From the NCBI RefSeq assembly GCF_021028975.2, contig NC_059430.1, positions 101,370,001-101,434,000 of the forward strand: a stretch of 64,000 nucleotides of DNA, written 5' to 3'. Of this stretch, positions 37,135-50,900 are shown piece by piece. Numbering within the stretch: the first letter of the stretch is position 1; each line of letters starts with the position of its first letter. Origin of the DNA: Sphaerodactylus townsendi (lineage: Eukaryota). Below the pieces are notes generated by a model, which worked only from the letters and a program-made list of their open reading frames with translations, was not told where the DNA came from and ran no database searches. Both the position numbers and the translations under genes were made by a program.

Positions 37135-37586
37135 GAAGAGGACCATGTCCAGAACTCTCCCCAAATAAAAGGGGACAGGCCGTTTCCAAAATGCTCACAT
37201 ATATTTTAACGTTATGCTCAGTTTTGTAGTCTATCCTTACCCCAACCTTTATTCATGTCTGAAAATGGGGTGGGGAAAGAGGGAGAAAAAGTAGATTGGC
37301 AGATAGTCTTGCCATTCCTCTCAGATCAGGGATTAGATTTACCTGTAATATAAGCACTGGCCTACAGAGGTCCAGATGTTTGGAAACTAAACCCAGGGCC
37401 ACCAAATAGAGAAGACCGCATTCTTCTGCAACCTTGCAAGGGCACCTACCTCCAACCCTCTTCCCAAGGCTGTATTGAAGGAATATCAACACTAAATTAA
37501 AAGGGATACAGTAAATAACAGAAAGGTGTGGATGCCTCCTCCACAACTCTCCTTTACAACTTCGTATGGAGGATTACACTATAGGT

Positions 37587-37732
37587 CCATGGTGGCGAAC
37601 CTTTGGCACTCCAAATGTTATGGACTACAATTCCCATCAGCCCCTGCCAGCATGGCCAATTGGCCATGCTGGAAGGGGCTGATGGGAATTGTAGTCCATA
37701 ACATCTGGAGTGCCAAAGGTTCGCCACCACGG
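37587..37732. mobile_element. Palindromic hAT MITE
   Basis: CCATGGTGGCGAACC...GGTTCGCCACCACGG; 8-bp TSD CTATAGGT. Confidence 0.9.
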
Positions 37733-38308
37733 CTATAGGTCTTGCTGCTGACACAGAAAATACTCCCTTACTTTCAGTTACATGCCCCTAAGAAATTGTC
37801 TTCCACCATCTGGTCTTTACACAAACAGATATTGGTCCATTCCAACTAGTAATGGTTTTCAGGCTCCCTCTGCCTGAAAACGCAAGGGACTCAATCCAGC
37901 CTGCAAAGTACTGAACTTGGGCTCTGCCTAGCAAGATAGCACATACATCCTATCAGTCTCTGCAGCTCACCCTGGTTGGGGAAAGGGACACGTGCAACAC
38001 TGGAGGTGCAGAAAGATGCTCAGAAATTCATGTCCTCAGAACTGTGGGAGCAGGGTCCCCTGGGGAGGCAGAACACACCTACCAGGGATGGAAGTGGTCT
38101 GCAGGTGGCAGAATTCCCAGATCCTCTACAACTGAGGCCCAAGCAATGGCTGAGGAACACAATGCTCCATTTTGCTCACCGAAACCCAGAATGGGAATTC
38201 CTTAAGCAGTTATTGGACTGAAGGACACGCCTCAAGCAGCCAGGCGGGCCCCACATTACTCCCAGCTTCTTCCTCCTTTCTCCCTAAGCCCCCCAGAGCA
38301 TGTCTGGA

Positions 38309-38590
38309 GAAAGAAGAAGAAGAAGAGTTTGGATTTATATCCCCCCTTTTTCTCCTGTAGGAGACTCAAAGGGGCTGACAATCTCCTTGCCCTTCCCCCC
38401 TCACAACAAACATCCTGTGAGGTAGGTGGGGCTGAGAGAGCTCCGAGAAGCTGTGACTAGCCCAATGTCACCCAGCTGGCGTGTGTGGGAGTGCACAGGC
38501 TAATCTGAATTCCCCAGATAAGCTACCACAGCTCAGGCGGCAGAGCGGAGAATCAAACCCAGTTCCTCCAGATTAGATACATGAGCTCTT
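38309..38590 (-). mobile_element. tRNA/CORE SINE (Squam3-like)
   Basis: Close match to the 34710 copy. Confidence 0.8.
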
Positions 38591-38780
38591 TTCCTTCCAA
38601 TTCATATTCCCAGCCTGACCTTTCTGCTCCTCCCATAAATGTGCAAAGGCAAGATCTCCAAAAGGGTGAAAACACACAACACCCACTCCAGAACACACAC
38701 CCTCCCCACCCACCCTGCACAACACATTCTGGTGCAGAGAAAAAGAGATGGACGCAGGCAGGCTATTTCTGTAGAACTCC

Positions 38781-41700
38781 TTTAATTGCTGTTAATGGCC
38801 AGTCTGTAAAAGGTTCAGGAGAAAGTCATTATTACAAAACTAACAGCTGTTAGAGTCACTTGTTTGCCCCCTGCTAGAAAACTGCCCAGGGAGATGTAGT
38901 ATAATTTAAAAATAAGAAAATATTGCACAACCAAGGGGGAAAAGGGGAGCTTGGGGGAAGGGGAGAATCCTAAAGGAGAATGAAGAAATCAGAGCCCCAA
39001 CACTTTCTCCCAGTCCCAAAGGGGGCAACAGGTCCTTTCAAGGGAGTAGTCTTCCTGGAACTCAATTTGGCTCTAGGCTATGAAGTCCTGCCCTGTCCTC
39101 TCTTAAAAGCAGGCTGAGCAAGAGCCCAAGAACTTCTGCCCAAGTTTGAAACTCAGCTGCATGACGTAAGACACAGATGTAAAGCTTGATACAGTCTGGT
39201 TTCCATGTACTTGCAGCCTAAACACCAAGACATTCTTTAGCCTGCAACAGTAGCAGGTTCAGGGGTTCTCCAGTCTTCAAGAGACTGGAAAAACAGAACA
39301 CAGCAGCCTTTGTGACCTGTCCGAACAAGTTGTGAAGCTTTGATGGGCCCTAAAGACACAGCCAAAAAGCAGCTTCCTTGGCAACATTTTGTCTATTCTT
39401 CTTTAAGTGCTGTACCAGCTCTGCAAAGGAGCAGGGGAAATGCACAGGCAACACATATCACATTCCCTATCCAAACTGCTGCTATGAAACAAGACTGAAG
39501 ATGTGTTTGGATTATGCACAAACCCTGTGCTGTGCTTACAGCGGCCAGCGAGCTTCAAAAGCAAGCCTCTCCCTCTTCCCTGAACCTTTTAACTCTGACC
39601 CTTGCATTCAGTTTTTTTCCCCAACAGCTTTGTTTTTACGGACCAGGACAAACAAGATCCTGTGAATGAGCCCCCACTTGATCAGAAGCCTCAGTGTGCC
39701 CGTAGCAGCTACACATTCTGACAGCTGCTACAGCCACTCACAAAGAACCTCGTCACAGTGTTTTTTTGGTGCCGCCGCTTGCTCACTTGAGTCCATCAGC
39801 AATCCCTGGCCAACAGAAAAGGAGGAAAGCCACAGTAGCTTTCTTCTTACGACAGCAGAGAGAAGGAGGGAGCCAGAGATTGCTGAAGGGAGGCTAAGCA
39901 GGTGAGTGAATGAGCAGCCAAGGATGGATGCAGCTGCTGTTGGACTGGAGAGCAGTGACACCCATCCAGAGGCTTCTGACTTGAGAGTTGGTCAAAACCT
40001 GCAATGTGAACACAATGTGAGTCGGAAACAGGCCATTTTATTGCACAGGGGAAAGGCAGGTGGTGGAGTACAAAGGGACATTTACTGTGCAATCCAAAGG
40101 AGAGGGGTGAAGCTGCATTGGAAGCAGCAGAGGGGTTGCGCCAGCACCACCGGCGGTGCACAAAGTGGCACAGACATCAGCACAGAGGGACTTATTTTGG
40201 TGATGGGACAGCGCAGCGCCAAAAGCCAGAGGTTTCCCCGCTGGCATCACTTCTGCACCACAGGATGCTGCACGGGCATGGACAGGAGCGTTCCAGGGGC
40301 GTTTCAGACCAGGAACACTCCTCTTCAGTGACACAGAATCATGCCACCAGGGGTAGTGTAAGCCATATCCCTCTAGGGCTTTCCTGGGAGAGAAAGCAGT
40401 TTCTCCTTCTCCTGCGGCCGCTGCGTCCCCAATTGCCTCTTTGCAGGCAATGCTGCATCAATGTCCCCAGCTGCCGTTCTACGGCCCTTTGGATCAGGTT
40501 GCCTATTTACATTTTCTGTTGTTGCTACATGGAATTGGGAGATGATTTGTTCTCTCATGCTGCCCCATTCATTTCAGTAGTACTGGCTTAGGAGAATTTC
40601 CTAGCAGATTGTACCCTAAGGAGATAAAGTCTCCACTTTGGACCCATATTTTAAAAAGCGTCTCACCAGAACTGTTTTTCCATTGTTCTTTGACATATCT
40701 GCAACAGGCAGGAGGAGGAGGAGGGATACGCCCTCCTGTACAATACAACTTCCTCCCCACACAAAAAAAGAAGATGCCAACAGAAGGAATGCAGAGATAG
40801 AAGGAAGAGCTCCTTGGAGACGGTTCAGCCAGATGGGCATGGCTATTCTGATGGCTCTTGGGAAAGCTGAAGCAAAGCCCAGCACAGCAAGGGAGGTTTT
40901 CCAGATGGGCCTGAGATGAATGCCTGTGGACAGGGATCACTGGGTGCTGCTGAATGGCATCAGTAGAAGGGAAAGAAAGAGAAGCAAGAGGCTTTGGCAA
41001 ACACCAACCCTTCAGAGCAGACCGTGCCACTGAAGCAAGGCTAGCAAGGCAACTGGCCAAGAGGAACCAAGCTAGTGATGTTCCATGAGGGCTCTTCAAA
41101 GGAAGGCACAACCCAAGGGGGACACCTCCTGTACAACTCTTAGTGATTTCATGGCACCTGTCGTAAGAGACGGTTCCCGTTAGGTTGAACGCCGGATTCC
41201 GCACAAACAGTTCTTTCAATGTTTAAAAAGTGCTTCAAGTCCTGCGGGGAAGAAGAAAGAAGGGGCTGGGAACGTGGCAGGGAAACTGAGGTAGGGAGAT
41301 GTTCCAGTTCCTGGGAAAAAACTGAGCTCTCTACGAGGGGAAGCAGGCAAGGGGTCGAAAGGACACTCTGTGGCCATGCTACAGGTTCTCTCCCCTTACA
41401 ACTGGCTTGCGGGTCACAACAGAAGAGGGATTTGCCCTCGATCCCCGCCCCCCAACAAAACCTTGCTGCATTTCTGTAAAGTCACACAAAAGGGAGCACA
41501 GCCAGCAAACGGGCAGCCTACGGAGCAAGGGAGAACAAGAGTTTCTCTTATCGGTGCAATCAAATTCAAGGACACTCTCCCGCACCCCACTGTCCAGCCA
41601 TCCCCCGAAACTACCACCACTCAAGCCAAAAAGAAAAAAGAAAAAGAAAAGAAAAACTAAAAATCCACACTGCGGAAGTTCCAAGAGTACTTTTAGTCCA

Positions 41701-41993
41701 GAGGATCCACTGGAAAGTTGCGCCCACCGCCGCTTTCTACATAGACACATCCCAGAACAATGCTTTCCAGCACCCCCTCATGTGATATCAGCCACTTTCG
41801 GATCCAAATGTGACGTGGTCCAAGATCCCCCAACAGGGTTTTTTTTAGCAGAGGTGAGATGCATCCAGCCTGGAACACATTTACACAGGAAGAGAGACCA
41901 GTTGTTTTGTGATTTAATTCACATTGGATGGTGCAGAGGAGGGGGTGGGGCGGGGGACGAGCCCAGGATGCACAGCACGGGGAGCAACGGTGA
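38781..41993 (-). other. Probable long 3' UTR of BSDC1 with candidate ATTAAA poly(A) signal at 38781-38786
   Basis: SINE-poor stretch after the stop codon; ATTAAA followed by GU-rich sequence on the minus strand. Confidence 0.45.
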
Positions 41994-44900
41994 CTACTCC
42001 CAGTTTTCCCATTCTTCATCTTCCAGCTACAGACAGGACAGAGAAAGCACAGGGATATGGTGTTAGATAGGATGTCCAAACAAGGAGTCACAGGGCTTTA
42101 TACTGTGGTGCAGTGGTAAAGAGCAGGTACACTCTAATCTGGATTCCCTGCTCTGCCACTTGAGCTCTGGAGGCTTACCTAGAGAACCAGAGTAGCTTGT
42201 GCCCTCCAACACAAGCCAGCTGGGTGATTTTGGGCTAGTCACAGTTCTTCGTAGCTCTCTCAGCCCCACACACCTCACAGGGTGTTTGTTGTAGGGGAGA
42301 AGGGAAAGGAGATTGTCAGCCCCTTTGAGTCTCCTTACAGGAGAGAAAGGGGGGATATAAATCCAAACTCCTCCTCTTCTATAAAATGCTGAAGTGGATT
42401 ATAAGATGCCAAACTGATGAGTCAGTTAAAGGCAAATGTTCAGTGCCACTGATCCACATTTGATTATGGTGACTTTCATGAACCAAAGCTCACTTTGCCA
42501 GACTGGATCCAGGAAGCTTATACCCTGTAAAACCGTTTTGGTCTTTAAGGTGCTACTGGACCTAAATACAGAAGGAAGACAGCAGCCTTCTAATTAAAAA
42601 AAATTAATTGGCTAGTCATCTGCCTGTTAGCCAACTGCATTTAAAATCACCTTGTACATTATCAAAGACTCACTACTGGTATATTTTTGGAGATACTGAA
42701 AGCAGCACAACAAAACTTAACATACAGCACAGGGGAAAGTACCACTGAAGGTAAGAAAAAAGGCCAGATTTAAAATGTTACTTTCTGTTCCTCACTGCAG
42801 TAACACAGTGGAACCAGAACAGCTTCAGAACAGATGAACTCTTAATATACAGATTCTTCCTTTCAAACTTGGCCTCCCTGAAAAATCACTGTAAACTTAT
42901 TAAACTGATCCAAAGCATGCACGACACACATTGGATCACCAGTGGATGGAGGACGGGAACCAAGAAGAAGAGTTTGGATTTATACTCTGCTTTTTTCGAC
43001 CATGTAGATTCTCAAAGCAGCTTATAAACCCCTTTCTTCCTCTCCCCATAACAGACACCTTGTGAGATAAATGGGGCTGATAAAGTTCTGAGAGAACTGT
43101 GACTAGCCCAAGGCCATCCAGCAGACCTCATGTGTAGCAGCGGGGAATCAAACCTGGTTCTCCAGAGTCCACCACTCTGAACTGCTACACCATGCTGGCT
43201 GACACTGCCAATCAACAATAACACCTACATTTCAATGCACCTACACCATCCCCCCCCCACACCTGTCCCATCTTTTATTTGCAAAAGAGGGACACTCTTC
43301 TGTCTCAAGTGCTTTACAGCCTCCCTTTCCACCAGAAGCGGCTGCTGCCGACACAGCCCAGAGGAGGAGGAGGAGGAATACTTGATTGATAAATGCCAAA
43401 CGTCATTTTTATACCCAACGTGGCTTTTTCCCTGGACTTGTAAATCTGGCTGAGGCAGAGAGGAACACAGGAAGGGTGTGCCTAGAAACTGAGCCGATGG
43501 ATTTGACTGTTCTAAGAGGCACGTTCAGCAGAAACAGCAAAATAATAATAATAATGCACATTTCAGACAGAAACCAGTGTTCTTGCCAGTAAGAGTGAGA
43601 GAAGCACATCCACAACCAAAAAACCTTTCAGGGACTTCTCTCACATGCCTCCTTCAGAAAGAAAGTCACCTCCACTACCAGGAGCTTTTGGAGGGCCTCC
43701 TCTAGACAGGCTAGGCCAAGGGTCTGCAAACTATGGCTCTCCAGATGTTCATGGACCACAATTCTCATCAGCCCCACCACTTGGCCATGCTGGCAGGGGT
43801 TGATGGGAATTTTAGTCCATGAATATCTGGGCTAGGTCATAAGGCACTGTGGTCCACTGCAAACACGTACCTCCTCGGAGACATCCACCTTGGAGAGTGC
43901 CAGCTGCACCTCTTCCTCTGTCATGTCCAAGTCAAAGTCCTTTTCCCAGTCCTCGCTGATATCCGTGCTGGAGCCTGAAACAAAAGCAGGGGCGGCCTTA
44001 GTGATTCTGGGGCCTGGAACAAAATCCCAGGATGGGGACCCAGGAGGTCACCCACCCAGGAGCACCCCAAGGAGTGGTCCTCACCCAGAGAAAGGCAGGC
44101 AACACCACCACGCTTGCAATCCAGCAAATGCCTGAGCCCTGGACTGCAAGCTGGTAGATGCACAGGTGGGCACAAGTAGCTGTGGCTGGGTACAGGTTGT
44201 TGCCTCAGTCGCCACTGATTCAAGCAAGTGTGATCACCTGCTACCATAAGAGGGTGGCCGGCCACAAACAGCTGCTGCAACCCCAGCTCCATAGCAGCCT
44301 GTTCTTCCTTTTCCCCCGCTGTGAGGAGGGGCAGGCCTAGGACCCTTTTCAGAGCCTTTTTTGTTGCTAGTTTGCTTATGACCTTCAAGTCAGGCATCAG
44401 GCTCTCGGAAGCTGCCTGATAGCGGATTGCCCTGGCTGCTACCAACTAAAATGGTAAAAGGTCTAGAATCCATGCCCTATGAGGAGAGACTTAGGGAGCT
44501 GGGTACGTTCAGTTTGGTGAAGAGAAGGTTATGAGGTGATAGGAGTAATGGGTTCAAGGTGAAGGAAAAGAGATTCCACCTAAACATCAGGAAAAATATC
44601 CTGACGGAAAGGGTTGTTCAACAGTGGAATGTGCTACCTCAGAGTGTGGTGGAGTCTCCTTCGGAGGTTTTTAAAGAGAGGCTGGATGGCCACCTGTTCG
44701 GAGTGCTTTGATTGTGTGTTCCTACATTGCAGGGAGTTGGACTTGATAACCCTTGTGGTCTCTTCCATGATTCTATGATACCCTAAACTCCATGGCCCCT
44801 GTTACAACTCCAAAGGGCAGAGAGGTAAGTGATGGCGGTACTATGGCAGATGGGCAGTCAGGGGCACTCCAGTGCAGCCCCTCCCCTAACATAGGCCCTG

Positions 44901-47900
44901 CGGTACTTTCACAGCCCCTGAAAACGAGAGCTGCTCTAGAGGGACTCTCCCGGTCCACCTTCCACTATGCAACACAAAGACCCGTCGCAATACACAACAC
45001 ACAATATTCTCTACTGTCAGAGCTGCATGGATTTTAACACATTTACAACTGCACTGCATAAACATGGAATGTGCATATTCCAGAGTCACGGAGGATGAGC
45101 AAACGTTTGTAAACAGACAATATTGCAAAACCCACCCCTACAAAGACAGAAATGCACTCCAGCAGTGTCTGCACTATTTCTGAATCCCACCTTTCTTCCC
45201 GTTATTGGAGGGCGTGGATTTCCCGCTGTCCGAGTTGAGCTCGAAGACTCGCAGGTCTGTGGGCCCATCTTCCCGGGCAGTTTCTATCCTGTTTGCCGGC
45301 TTGCTCTCAGGCTGCTCCTTGGGTTTCCCTGGAGAAGGCTTCGCATCCTGCAGGGCTGGAGGGGGTTGCACGGGTTCCTCGGGCTTTGGTGATGAGGCTG
45401 GTTCTTCTGCACTCGCCTCCTGAAGCCTCTGAGAGAGGTCTCCTGCCCCAGAGAGCTGGGCTCCAGTCTGTAAAGGGGCGGCAGGCACGGCCAAGGGGTT
45501 TGGGATCTGAGTCACCAAGGAGACGCTCTCGCTGCTTTCTGACGGGGTTGCCGCTGTTGGGATGCTCAGCATAGCCCAGCTTTCCACGGATGCCTCCAGG
45601 GTCGGAGTGACGCATTCTGTGGAGATGGGGGAAGATGGCTTCATCTCTTGGGAAGACTGCAAGCTGACATGGGATTGGGGAGCCGGTGATGACCCAAGAA
45701 ATTCCTCTGTGGCAAGAAGGGGAGGGGGAGAAGAGCAGCCAAAGGGTTTGACTGACAGCACTATCAGGCAGTACACAGTCCATGTAGAAAGCACAGTGGA
45801 ATGATTAGAAGGGGAAAGCCCTCTTTCTTTCAATCCCCCCCCCCCCCCATCTGAGACAAATGAAAACAGAAGGATGTGCGCTGGACCTAAATCCGAACAC
45901 AGCAATTGCTGCTCAAGAGATTACCTGGAAAGGTGATTAGTTTTCCCTCTCATCAGCATGATTATATCAAGTCAGGCCTATTATGTATGTCATTTATGAG
46001 GTCACAGGGCAAGACAAGCTCCAACATAGTCACTACTAATATATTTTGGTCTCCTGCATCCATAACAAGTATTTATACAGTGCTACAATAGAAGAAGAAA
46101 AAGAAGAAGAGTGTGGATTTATACCCCACCTTTCTCTCCTGTAAGGAGACTCACGGTGGCTTACAAGCTCCTTTCCTCTCCCCACAACAGACACCTTGTG
46201 AGGTAGGTGGGGTTGAGAGAATTCCGAAGAACTGTGACTAGCCTAAGTTAACCCAGCAGGAATGTAGGAGTGCAGAAACACATCTGGTTCACCAGATAAG
46301 CCTCTGCCATTCAGGTGGAGGAGTGGGGAATCAACCCGGTTCTCCAGATTAAAATCTACCTGTTCTTAACCACTAAACCACACTGGCTCTTTCCTACAAT
46401 ACACGTACTTGAGAAAGCCCATGAAGAAAAGGACAAGGCAACATACTCCAGTATGCCTGGCAGCCTTAGGAACAGCACAATGCTTGCACAGGGTCTCAAC
46501 TAACTACTGGCCCTGATAACCCATACCATTTTAGTTGGCCAGCAGCCATGCAGTCTTCCATCTCATGGCAATCAGGAACACCCCAGCCAGATGATGCTGT
46601 AACAGCTGGTTCCTTCATATTCAACCTTAGCAGATGCAATGAAAGATTTACGCCCAAGTCCAGCCACAGGCTGAGTACTTTCGCACATACCAAACCTAAA
46701 TTATGACAAATCATTTAGCCCTACTTTCTTACTGAGAATCAATAGTGACCGCAAATTTTTAACACAAAGCAATAAAGACAGTTTGAAACAAAGCTAGTGC
46801 CATTATGCAGCTGGGAAACAATTGCAGCTCACTTACCCTCTTCCTCCTCCCAGCCTGGCTCCTCAAAGTGAACGCTCTGCTCAGCCCGCTGCTTCAGGGC
46901 CTCCCTTCGGACTTCCTCCTGGGTGAAAAAAAAATCCTTTGGCTGTCAGAAACTGCTCTAATAGGTCCCCTGCTGACTAGTAAGACAACACATAGCTTCT
47001 TAGTGTCACAAGGCTTTATGGTATCTTTGGCCATGCAAGAATGTCTGTTATGGAACAGTACTCAGTGTGAGGACATTTTGGAATGGTGATCCATGAACAC
47101 AGGCAAGGAGGGGAAGCCAAATCGGAGCTGCACTTCCAGGGATTGCTAAACTAGGCAAACCCAGAACACAGCAGAAGGCATGGAGAACCAAAGGCAGCAG
47201 CAATGCCCTGGAGAAAGTGGGGGAAGCTACATTCCTTCAAGAATGGAAATTTGTTTCGCTTTGGCTTTGAGAAGCCTCCTATCATAACAGGAGAGACAGC
47301 AAACAAACAGGCCATCTCCTGACTGCCAGGAAGGCACCGTGAGATCCACATGTCAAAAGAAATGAGCTCTATGGCTGTTTTCAAAGCCCCAAACACAAAT
47401 ACTCCCAGTGTCAGGTGAGAGGTTTGCTAGATCACCAAGTGGCATTTTGTTCACTGTGTTACCTGGCAGACTTTTGGGCCACCAGGAACTCTCTCTGTTT
47501 AAAAGGGTATTAAGACACGGTCAAGCAAAAACCCAGAATGCTGATCGCCCTTTAGACCTGAAGCCCTGCTTAGCCTCAGCTGCACTGGACATGCAGCCTT
47601 CTCTGTCACTGCCATGAGATCACCAACTTGGCAACACTGATTTTTCAGGCAGCTTCTGATGCTTTTGGATGTGCCCTCTCAAGCCTGTTGCAACCTATGC
47701 TGGGGGGTAATAAGAATTGTTGCGAGGCTTCCAGAAGCCCAGTCTCCAGAAGCGTAGCTGGACCAGAGTGCGCCTGGTGCACACTCTGTGTTTTTCAACA
47801 CACACCCCGGCGCCCTGCCCCCCCCGCCCCTCCTTACCTTAGTGCAGGCTGGAGAAGCAGCCTGTTCCCTTCAGGCTGAAAATGGCCTTGTGAGAACTAC

Positions 47901-50900
47901 ACTTCTCATGAGACCCTGGGGCTCGCAAGGTCTCCTATGAAGTGTAGTTCCCACCTGGCCTTTTTCAGTCTGAAGGGAACAGGCTGCTTCCCCAGTCTGC
48001 ACTGTTTGACAAAGGCAAGTGTGTGGGGAAGGTGCCACCGGGGGGGGGGGGGGGCGCACGTACTGCGGGGGCGATTTTCCGCCTCAGTTGCGTGCCTGGT
48101 GCAATGCGCACACACAACACCACCACCCCCGGTCCCCTGGTAGCTCTGCCTCTGCCAGTCTCTTCAGGGACTCCACTCCATAAGCCTGCAAACTCTGCGG
48201 GATGCATACACTTTGTATCTGAAACCACTCAGACCAGATTTGGTATCTACTCACAAGAAAGTTGTGTAAGGCAGGGTGTACGTGAAAGGAAGAAAGATGC
48301 AGACAATTACAGTCCTTCCCAGCACGCAGGGTCTCTCTCTCTCAACACATGGTGAAGAACTGTTCCTTCAAATAACCTTTTGTGCCACATGTAATGATAG
48401 CCTACATCAGAGCACATCCACATGCACACCAGCTTTTGCCCCAGGGGAGCTCTGCAGTCTTACCTGCTCCAACTGATGGACTTTATAGAAGTAGCGCTGC
48501 CAGAACTCTGAGTGGGACACAGCTACCGGGACCTGGGATCATTGGATAGAAACAGAGGAACAATTACAAAGTGAGGACTTAATTGATACAGCTTGCCTTA
48601 AACTCAGTCATGCATGGAAGATCTCCTGCACCATCTCAAGCTAACTGTAACCACAGAAGTCTAGGCTTAAAGAACAAACCTGTGCTGGGCCACCTTACCA
48701 TTTTGGTGTAGAGCGAGCGGATGGATGGGCTGCTCCCCAAGAGTTCTGAGATCTCCTTTTTCTTCTCTTCTAGGTTGAAGCATGACAGCCAGGCCTCAAA
48801 GAGTTCAGAAGGTCCTGCAATGATGGAACCAAGATGGTCAAACCAGAGATGCAAGTAACTGATGCACACTCAAAAGAGCAAAGGTGTAGGAGGAGACACT
48901 CTATGACACAACTGTAGGCATCTACCTAAGAGTCCAAAATGCCCTGCATCATAGTCTATTACTCCACCCAAAAGAACCAGAAGCACCAGGAAACTGCATT
49001 CTTTCTATCACAGAAACAGTAGCGTGATTCCAGCCAGAGAAGCAGTGGCAGGAGGGAGCTGGTTTCCCTGCTCCAATAGCTAGTTATTATTATTATTATT
49101 ATTTATTGGGTTTATAGACCAGTTGTTCTTGGCAAACAAGAGTGCTCCAGCCTACATCATCGGCCAGTAAGTCATAGGCCACAGGACAGTTGTGCCATCT
49201 CTCTCCAAACAGGGGCAGAAGCCCAACTGGATATAAATGCAGTGGGTCAAATAGATCACTCTCTTCCATTCCCCTCACTCTCCTTTCCTCATGTATTTTG
49301 CTTTTAATTGCAAGCAAGGCTGGTGTCTCCACTCATGGGCGCTGCTCTGACAGACAATCACCTGGAAAAGCAGGATAAAAATGTGGCCAGTAGCAGTGCT
49401 TTTTGACTGACAATGGGGAGAAAGGATATGTGCACTTACTGTCTGTGTCATGGAAGTTTGTTCCCAGTGAGGATGAAAGTTGGCCTCTTTATCCCGCACA
49501 TTTCTCCCCAGCTGGGACCCAAAGCAACTTACATCATTCTCCCCTTCCATTTATCCTTGCAACAACCCTGTGGAGTGGATAAGGCTCAGTGTGTGCAACT
49601 GGCCCATGGTCACTCAGCAAGCTTCCATGGCGAAGTAAAGGTTTAATCCTGGGTCTCCCAGATCCTGGTCTGGCACTTTGCTGTCTCAGCAAATAAAACA
49701 AAGTCTGTCTGCTTTGACTGGATGACCAGTCCTTTGGAAAAGCCTTGCTGGTCCAGAATGATGTCCCTTCACTTGACGGTTGCCATCATTCAATTTTAAA
49801 CCCCAAGGAGGAAACTGTGGACCCCAGAAAAGCAGGGAGCTGTATCAGTGAAGCTGTTCTGCTGCCTGCCTCTTCCCTCTAGATTTTGGTAAATATGGAA
49901 AGTCTACAGACCAGAGTTTGCATGGGCAGTTACAGACTAACCACACATACACGTGCTATGCTCACTGGCATGGCATGCAAAATGGCAAAGCGGGGACGAG
50001 CACAACTTTATGTGGACTTCCACCTGCCTACTCAGACAGCCCAAGAAGCAGGCAGGGGGAGTTCATGTTTTTGGGCATAGCCTGTTCTTCTCAACGCCTT
50101 TGTAAATGGTTGCAAAACATACAATTCCCTCTATTCCTCTGCCCTCCTGCCACCAACTGAGCCACACAGAGAAAACCCAGATAGCCAGGCCTGTCCTGCA
50201 TGATCTGGGGCAGCTGCCTACACTGCCCCTTCTGGCCTAAAAAGGGAGACATTCACGTACAGCCATCCACAATTGAAAAACGGAGCAAGAGCTCATCCTG
50301 GTTGCCTGTGACAGCCTCAGACAGCTCAGACAGGAAGGAAGGATAGCTTTGTAACACTTTTCCCAGTTGGACAAACAGCCCTAGAGTAGTGTGGGGAGGG
50401 AAGAAGATATGGGTGGTGCAAACCTGGCTCTCACTAGAGACAACTGCTCTAGAATCCTCATTTATGTGAAAATTTCTTGCCCAGGCACTAGGCACACTTC
50501 ATGGCCAAGCAGGAATTTGAGCCTGGGACCTCCCAACAGAACTCCATGTCCCACCCGCTACGCCAATCATTCAGTTACAGTCATGGACCAGCAGCCTTGT
50601 TTCCCACATACTTTGACTTCACTATACAGTTCTCTTAGGCTAAGAAGCTTCCTTTCTCTTTATTTCAGAATTCTTGTCAGTCCATCCTAGGCTTGGGTAT
50701 ATGAAGGCAAATGGCATGCCCTTTGCTGCTATTCAGTGGGTGCCTGGCCTGTTTTCCAGACAGCTCTCACACCATGCATCTCCCTTGCTCCAATTTTCTC
50801 ACATCAGACGAGCCCCCGATTTACCATCTGGTTCGTTGCAATAGGTGGCTGGATCAGACTGAAGACTGTACAGCCGGGCCTGGAAGAGAACAGACAGGGA

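Noticed and set aside
25044-37732. CRISPR-like recurring palindromes
   Set aside because: Dispersed, not arrayed, and flanked by 8-bp TSDs; these are hAT MITEs in a eukaryote.
39378-42091. Many overlapping ORFs (for example 40569-41219 and 41407-42066)
   Set aside because: They fall in the presumed BSDC1 3' UTR, with no motifs or splice structure.
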